Positions 6,204 through 10,025 of a DNA stretch of 10,025 nucleotides are shown here, one piece after another. Source of the stretch: a virus (Duplodnaviria; Heunggongvirae; Uroviricota; Caudoviricetes); the IMG/VR virus record IMGVR_UViG_2693429733_000018; one strand, written 5' to 3'. Both the position numbers and the translations under genes were made by a program. Positions within the stretch are counted from its first letter, which is position 1; each line of letters opens with the position of its first letter. The notes beneath the pieces were generated by a model. It had not been told where the DNA came from and made no database searches. It worked only from the letters and a program-made list of their open reading frames with translations.

Positions 6204-6280
6204 CCGCCATTAGCTCATCAGGAAAGAGCGCCAGCCTTCGAAGCTGGCTGCGCGGGGTTCAAGTCCCCGATGGCGGTCCA
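6204..6280 (+). tRNA. argN: tRNA-Arg (anticodon TCG), second copy
   Basis: Identical to 3795-3871. Confidence 0.8.
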
Positions 6281-6293
6281 TTATCTGCATCAT

Positions 6294-6370
6294 GCGTTGT
6301 TAGCTCAGCCGGACAGAGCAATTGCCTTCTAAGCAATCGGTCACTGGTTCGAATCCAGTACAACGCGCCA
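6294..6370 (+). tRNA. argO: tRNA-Arg (anticodon TCT), third copy
   Basis: Identical to 3885-3961. Confidence 0.85.
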
Positions 6371-6384
6371 CACTTATTTTCCCT

Positions 6385-6410
6385 GGCTCGCTTTTGCGGG
6401 CCTTTTTTTT
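6385..6410 (+). terminator. Intrinsic terminator after tRNA cluster C
   Basis: Identical to 3976-4001. Confidence 0.7.
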
Positions 6411-6432
6411 AAATGTCTCACAATTCAGACGG

Positions 6433-6469
6433 TTGACAGTTGTCTGTTTTGCGGGGAGTTTGTTAAAAG
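6433..6469 (+). promoter_or_regulatory. Promoter of module C
   Basis: Identical to 4024-4060. Confidence 0.45.
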
Positions 6470-6607
6470 AAACTGGCATGGTGAATCCCCCTGTGCGGAG
6501 GGGCAATCAGCGAGTAGGTATATGGGATAATCGCGGATTCAGGTGCTGGTACTGAATTCACCGGGAGGCACCCGGCATCATGCAATGGCACATAGCGCCA
6601 CTCTCCA

Positions 6608-6630
6608 GCCCTCTCCGGAGGGGCTTTTCT
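6608..6630 (+). terminator. Module C terminator, weakened (one C lost from the 5' arm gives a bulge; T tract reduced to TTTTCT)
   Basis: GCCCTC-TCCG-GAGGGGC then TTTTCTGTG; compare the perfect hairpin and longer T-rich tail at 4199-4234. Confidence 0.45.
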
Positions 6631-6819
6631 GTGCCGGATACATCACAGTTTCTGGAACCTTAGGTACTACAGTATCAGTCAGGGTGCTATATTTTCAGAT
6701 GTGATGAAAGCCTGTCAGCAGGCAGGGCGTATCGGAAATGACCCAGTAGAGAAAACGTTGACTCAGATACCGGTGCTGAGTTACCGGGAAACCGGCATCA
6801 CATGACCGCTATCCTTCCA

Positions 6820-6846
6820 GGCCCATCCGCTCCGGTGGGCCTTTTT
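6820..6846 (+). terminator. Intrinsic terminator-like hairpin upstream of module D (GGCCCATC...GGTGGGCC followed by T5)
   Basis: Stem of 6-8 bp and a T run read from sequence. Confidence 0.5.
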
Positions 6847-6899
6847 ACTGCAGAAAACAGGTTCCCCGTTAAATGCTATGTTGCTCACAATTCAGTAAG

Positions 6900-6936
6900 T
6901 TGACAGTTGCCTGTCAGACTGGGCATTTGTTAAAAA
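6900..6936 (+). promoter_or_regulatory. Promoter of divergent module D (TTGACA; extended -10 TGtTAAAAA)
   Basis: Same element order as modules A-C with diverged sequence; nearest such promoter upstream of the nanS-p/lysis genes. Confidence 0.4.
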
Positions 6937-7093
6937 AATTTCGCATGGTGAATCCCCCTGAGCGGAGGGGCGACTGGTGACGGTATAATCTCTGATTATC
7001 AAAACGAGAATGACGCGGGTTTAGTGGCACCGGGCTGAACTCACCGGGAGGCACCCGGCACCATGTGCATGATGATACAGATACGCGGCTTTA

Positions 7094-7117
7094 GCCCCTC
7101 TCCGGAGGGGTTTTCTT
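7094..7117 (+). terminator. Module D terminator (GCCCCTC-TCCG-GAGGGG followed by TTTTCTT)
   Basis: Hairpin conserved with modules A-C; shorter T tract. Confidence 0.6.
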
Positions 7118-7130
7118 GTGGGCAAAAAAA

Positions 7131-7152
7131 GCCCGCGCTGGGAGACGCGGGC
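7131..7152 (-). terminator. Minus-strand intrinsic terminator candidate (GCCCGCG-loop-CGCGGGC, followed by T7 on the minus strand)
   Basis: A7 run at 7124-7130 precedes the hairpin on the plus strand, so the T run follows it on the minus strand. Confidence 0.35.
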
Positions 7153-7345
7153 GGCAAGGAATAAACAATAAAACGTGAAGTAATATTTCAGCTGGCGAAT
7201 AATACCCCATAGTAATCACTCTGCGCAACTGCGCGGTCTTTTTCGAATTGCGGGCTGTCGTCTCTCTTCTGCCATTGTCCTGTAACTTCCGGACTTCAGC
7301 CCGCTCCTTATTTTACTCACAATATTATCCCGGCCGGGAGGATTC

Positions 7346-9199
7346 ATGGCATTTAAACACTATGACGTGGTCAGGGCGGCATCGCCGTCAGACCTTGCGA
7401 AACGACTGACACAAAAACTGAAGGAGGGCTGGCAGCCGTTTGGTAGTCCGGTGGCCATAACCCCTTATACCCTGATGCAGGCGATTGCAGCAGAAGGTGA
7501 TGTGGTCGTCAGTGGTGCAACTGAGCCGGAGTGGTACTACGTCATCGTACTGGCCGGGCAATCCAATGCCATGGCTTACGGTGAAGGTCTTCCGCTTCCG
7601 GATTCATACGATGCGCCCCATCCGCGCATTAAGCAACTGGCCCGTCGTAACACAGTGACTCCCGGTGGTGAAGTATGCGTATTTAACGACATCATTCCTG
7701 CTGACCATTGTCTGCATGATGTTCAGGATATGAGTACGATTAACCATCCCCGGGCTGACCTGAGCAAAGGGCAGTACGGCTGTGTCGGACAGGGCTTACA
7801 TATTGCCAAAAAACTGCTTCCGTATATCCCTAATAATGCGGGGATCCTGCTGGTACCATGCTGTCGTGGTGGTTCGGCATTCACCCAGGGCACGGAGGGG
7901 ACATTCAGCGAGTCCACGGGGGCCAGTCAGGATTCGGCTCGCTGGGGAGTGGGTAAGCCGTTATATCAGGATCTGCTTTTCCGCACGAAGGCAGCATTGC
8001 AGAAAAACCCGAAAAACGTTTTGCTGGCGATATGCTGGATGCAGGGGGAATTCGATATGACGAATGCCAGTTACGCCCAGCAGCCAGCAGCATTTCTTGC
8101 AATGGTACAGCAGTTCCGTGCTGACCTTGCCGGGCTGGCGGCGCAGTGTCACGGTGGAAGTCCGGCATCAGTCCCCTGGATTTGTGGCGACACGACATAC
8201 GCGTGGAAACAAGAACACGGTACGCAATATGAAGTGGTATATGGTGCATATAAAGGTAAAGAATCCCAGCAGATTTATTTTGTTCCCTTTATGACCGATG
8301 GTAGCGGAGTTAATACACCGACAAACAACCCGTCAGAAGATCCTGATATTGCCGGGTCTGGTTATTACGGTTCGGCATCCCGAACGAACAAAAACTGGGT
8401 ATCATCAAATCGCCCGACGCATTTCAGCTCATGGGCGCGTCGTGGCATTATTCCCGATCGTATGGCAACTGCTATTCTGAACGTAGCCGGTCGCACCTTA
8501 GCCTTCATTAGTGGTAAGGCACCGGAAATCAAACCCTCGCCCGGCGGCGACACGCCATCGGGGCCGTCTGAAGATGCATCCATACGCACAATCTCCCTGT
8601 TGCCGACAGCCGGAGACGCTGCTGCGCAGGGCTGGAGCATTAAGAATGGCGGAGTTCAGTTGTCAGATGGTGTATTTAAGATCACCAAGCAGAGCAATAA
8701 AGCCTGGTCCCTGACGCGCCCGGTGGATGACGCAGTCTCCCTGCTGACACGGGGTGGCAGACTGAGCTGTAAGTTTCGACTGTCAGGCGCACTGACCACC
8801 AACCAGTTCGGTCTGGGAATTTATCTGTATACCGATGTAGCGTTACCTGACGTCGTGGCGATGACCGGGACTGGTAACCCGTTCCTGATGTCGTTCTTCA
8901 CCCAGACCACAGACGGCAAACTGAATCTGATGCATCACAAGAAAGCAGGAAACACAAAGTTGGGCGAGTTCGGGAATTACAGTAACGACTGGCTGACGCT
9001 GGAGCTGGTGTTCACCGCCGGCAGTGCCACGGTTACTCCGAAACTGAATGGAGTGGCTGGCCCGGCATTCCAGGTCATAAAAGACAGTCTGACACTGGGG
9101 CTGAATGCGCTGACGCTGACGGATATTACCAAAAATGCAGCGTATGGCGTTGAGATAGAAAGTCTGGTGCTGGAGATAAATGCACCGGCATCATCATAA
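7346..9199 (+). CDS. nanS-p: Prophage sialate O-acetylesterase-like protein (NanS-p type): N-terminal DUF1737-like segment, SGNH/SASA esterase domain with GQSN motif, C-terminal domain of unknown function
   Basis: Strong RBS GGGAGGA 5 nt before the ATG; N-terminus MAFKHYDVV and motif VLAGQSNAM match my recollection of NanS-p esterases encoded downstream of stx in lambdoid prophages. Confidence 0.75.
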   Translation: MAFKHYDVVRAASPSDLAKRLTQKLKEGWQPFGSPVAITPYTLMQAIAAEGDVVVSGATEPEWYYVIVLAGQSNAMAYGEGLPLPDSYDAPHPRIKQLARRNTVTPGGEVCVFNDIIPADHCLHDVQDMSTINHPRADLSKGQYGCVGQGLHIAKKLLPYIPNNAGILLVPCCRGGSAFTQGTEGTFSESTGASQDSARWGVGKPLYQDLLFRTKAALQKNPKNVLLAICWMQGEFDMTNASYAQQPAAFLAMVQQFRADLAGLAAQCHGGSPASVPWICGDTTYAWKQEHGTQYEVVYGAYKGKESQQIYFVPFMTDGSGVNTPTNNPSEDPDIAGSGYYGSASRTNKNWVSSNRPTHFSSWARRGIIPDRMATAILNVAGRTLAFISGKAPEIKPSPGGDTPSGPSEDASIRTISLLPTAGDAAAQGWSIKNGGVQLSDGVFKITKQSNKAWSLTRPVDDAVSLLTRGGRLSCKFRLSGALTTNQFGLGIYLYTDVALPDVVAMTGTGNPFLMSFFTQTTDGKLNLMHHKKAGNTKLGEFGNYSNDWLTLELVFTAGSATVTPKLNGVAGPAFQVIKDSLTLGLNALTLTDITKNAAYGVEIESLVLEINAPASS

Positions 9200-9283
9200 A
9201 AAGTGAGCCAGCCAAATGGAAGGTATCGTTAAACTCACCGGTAGTGTCAGTGGGTCGTCTGAGATGCCTGCATGAGTTATCAG

Positions 9284-9314
9284 AGCCATCAGTACTTAAC
9301 TGGTGGCTTTTTTT
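9284..9314 (+). terminator. Intrinsic terminator-like hairpin between nanS-p and the holin (9-bp stem with one G-U, 7-nt loop, T6)
   Basis: AGCCATCAG-TACTTAA-CTGGTGGCT followed by TTTTTT. It lies inside the N-terminal extension of ORF 9272-9565, supporting the internal holin start at 9350. Confidence 0.55.
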
Positions 9315-9349
9315 ATTGTTGTCAGCTTCCGGATAACGGGAGACGGGGT

Positions 9350-9565
9350 ATGTACCAGATGGAAAAAATCACAACAGGTGTGTCATACACCACGTCAGCG
9401 GTGGGAACGGGCTACTGGTTCCTGCAGTTGCTGGACAGGGTTTCCCCGTCTCAGTGGGCGGCAATAGGCGTGCTGGGGAGTCTGCTGTTTGGGCTGCTGA
9501 CATATCTGACTAACCTGTATTTCAAAATCAGAGAGGACCGTCGTAAGGCTGCACGGGGAGAGTAA
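9350..9565 (+). CDS. Class II holin, phage-21 S-type pinholin (71 aa; possible dual start at Met1/Met4)
   Basis: [28 protein letters not shown]...[13 protein letters not shown] resembles my recollection of S21; GGAG-type RBS upstream of 9350; two hydrophobic segments and a charged C-terminus. Confidence 0.8.
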   Translation: MYQMEKITTGVSYTTSAVGTGYWFLQLLDRVSPSQWAAIGVLGSLLFGLLTYLTNLYFKIREDRRKAARGE

Positions 9566-9569
9566 TTCA

Positions 9570-9884
9570 ATGACTCAAAACTATGAACTGATTGTGAAAG
9601 GGATCCGCAATTTTGAGAATAAAGTTACGGTAACTTTAGCGTTACGGGACAAAAAACGCTTTGACGGTGAAATTTTTGACCTGGACATCTCGCTGGACCG
9701 TGTTGAAGGTGCCGCGCTGGAGTTTTATGAGGCAGCAGCCAGAAGGAGCATCAGACAGGTCTTCCTGGATGTTGCTGCCGGGTTATGTGAAGGGGACGAG
9801 CTGTTGCCAGAAACGCGCCCCTGTTCAGAGGCGCGGTATACCATAAAAATTAACAGTTCTGATAACTCGATTACGGGTTGTTAG
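9570..9884 (+). CDS. Hypothetical protein between holin and endolysin; YdfR-like (Qin prophage, DUF1327 by recollection), function unknown
   Basis: GGGGAGAG RBS; start 4 nt after the holin stop. Family assignment rests on recalled gene order essQ-ydfR-rrrQ in E. coli K-12 and is not verified. Confidence 0.6.
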   Translation: MTQNYELIVKGIRNFENKVTVTLALRDKKRFDGEIFDLDISLDRVEGAALEFYEAAARRSIRQVFLDVAAGLCEGDELLPETRPCSEARYTIKINSSDNSITGC

Positions 9885-9939
9885 CTTTTTGCAGTTGGCT
9901 TTCCAGTATCTTTCATTGGTAGCATCCTGATAAATATCC

Positions 9940-10025
9940 ATGAGCGCAAAAATCAAATACGGCCTGTCAGCTGCTGTTCTGGCGCTGATTGCAAAATGGC
10001 ATCTGAATCGATCGCAGTTTGGCAT
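9940..10025 (+). CDS. Endolysin N-terminus (partial, runs off the window end), probable SAR-type lysozyme
   Basis: MSAKIKYGLSAAVLALIA... is a hydrophobic Gly/Ala/Leu-rich N-terminus typical of signal-arrest-release endolysins that pair with pinholins; only 28 codons visible. Confidence 0.5.
   Translation, partial: MSAKIKYGLSAAVLALIAKWHLNRSQFG

Larger units (their letters stand above)
6116..6624 (+). repeat. Direct repeat copy C (tRNA cluster + terminator + module)
   Basis: Matches 3707-4216; differences at 6578 (C to T) and in the terminator 5' arm (C run shortened). Confidence 0.9.

Noticed and set aside
7118-7345. Shiga toxin genes in the slot between the module and nanS-p
   Set aside because: The interval is only about 230 bp and contains no ORF; no stxA/stxB-like coding sequence is present anywhere in the window.
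7723-8714. Several 60-114-aa ORFs on both strands inside nanS-p
   Set aside because: All are nested within the long, well-supported nanS-p frame; Arg/Pro-rich translations are typical of out-of-frame GC-rich coding DNA.
9661-10025. ORF 9661-9846 (plus, alternative frame) and ORF 9825-10025 (minus)
   Set aside because: The first overlaps the RBS-supported YdfR-like frame; the second is antisense to the endolysin start.
9940-10025. Possible frame disruption in the endolysin N-terminus (residues after ALIA differ from what I recall for related prophage lysozymes)
   Set aside because: Only 28 codons are visible and my comparison is from memory of a protein sequence, not an alignment; cannot be evaluated inside this window.

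Overview
This window reads as the late-control and lysis region of a rearranged, stx-negative lambdoid prophage (E. coli/Shigella type; an IS600-like element suggests Shigella-like background). All calls are from reading the sequence and from recalled family knowledge; no searches were run. Left to right: the 3' end of a lambda-type antiterminator Q gene (zinc-binding C-terminal domain), a tRNA cluster (tRNA-Ile2 CAT, a degenerate tRNA-like element, tRNA-Arg TCT), a unique AT-rich segment, a promoter-leader-terminator module, a near-identical duplicate of the Q 3' end, a beta-class DPPY DNA methyltransferase moron, a second intact tRNA cluster (Ile2 CAT, Arg TCG, Arg TCT) with a second module, an AT-rich minus-strand ORF, the N-terminal stub of a nanS-p-like esterase gene cut by a 5'-truncated IS600-like element, a third tRNA cluster and module (direct repeat at a 2409-bp offset), a fourth divergent module, an intact nanS-p-like gene, then a phage-21-type lysis cassette (pinholin, YdfR-like ORF, start of an endolysin). 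The most notable signals are the fourfold repeated promoter/hairpin/terminator module, the IS600-mediated deletion that removed the promoter of one tRNA cluster, the degenerate tRNA, and two AT-rich cargo segments of unknown function. I did not find a clear, self-contained novel system; the unknown-function ORFs are the best candidates for follow-up.
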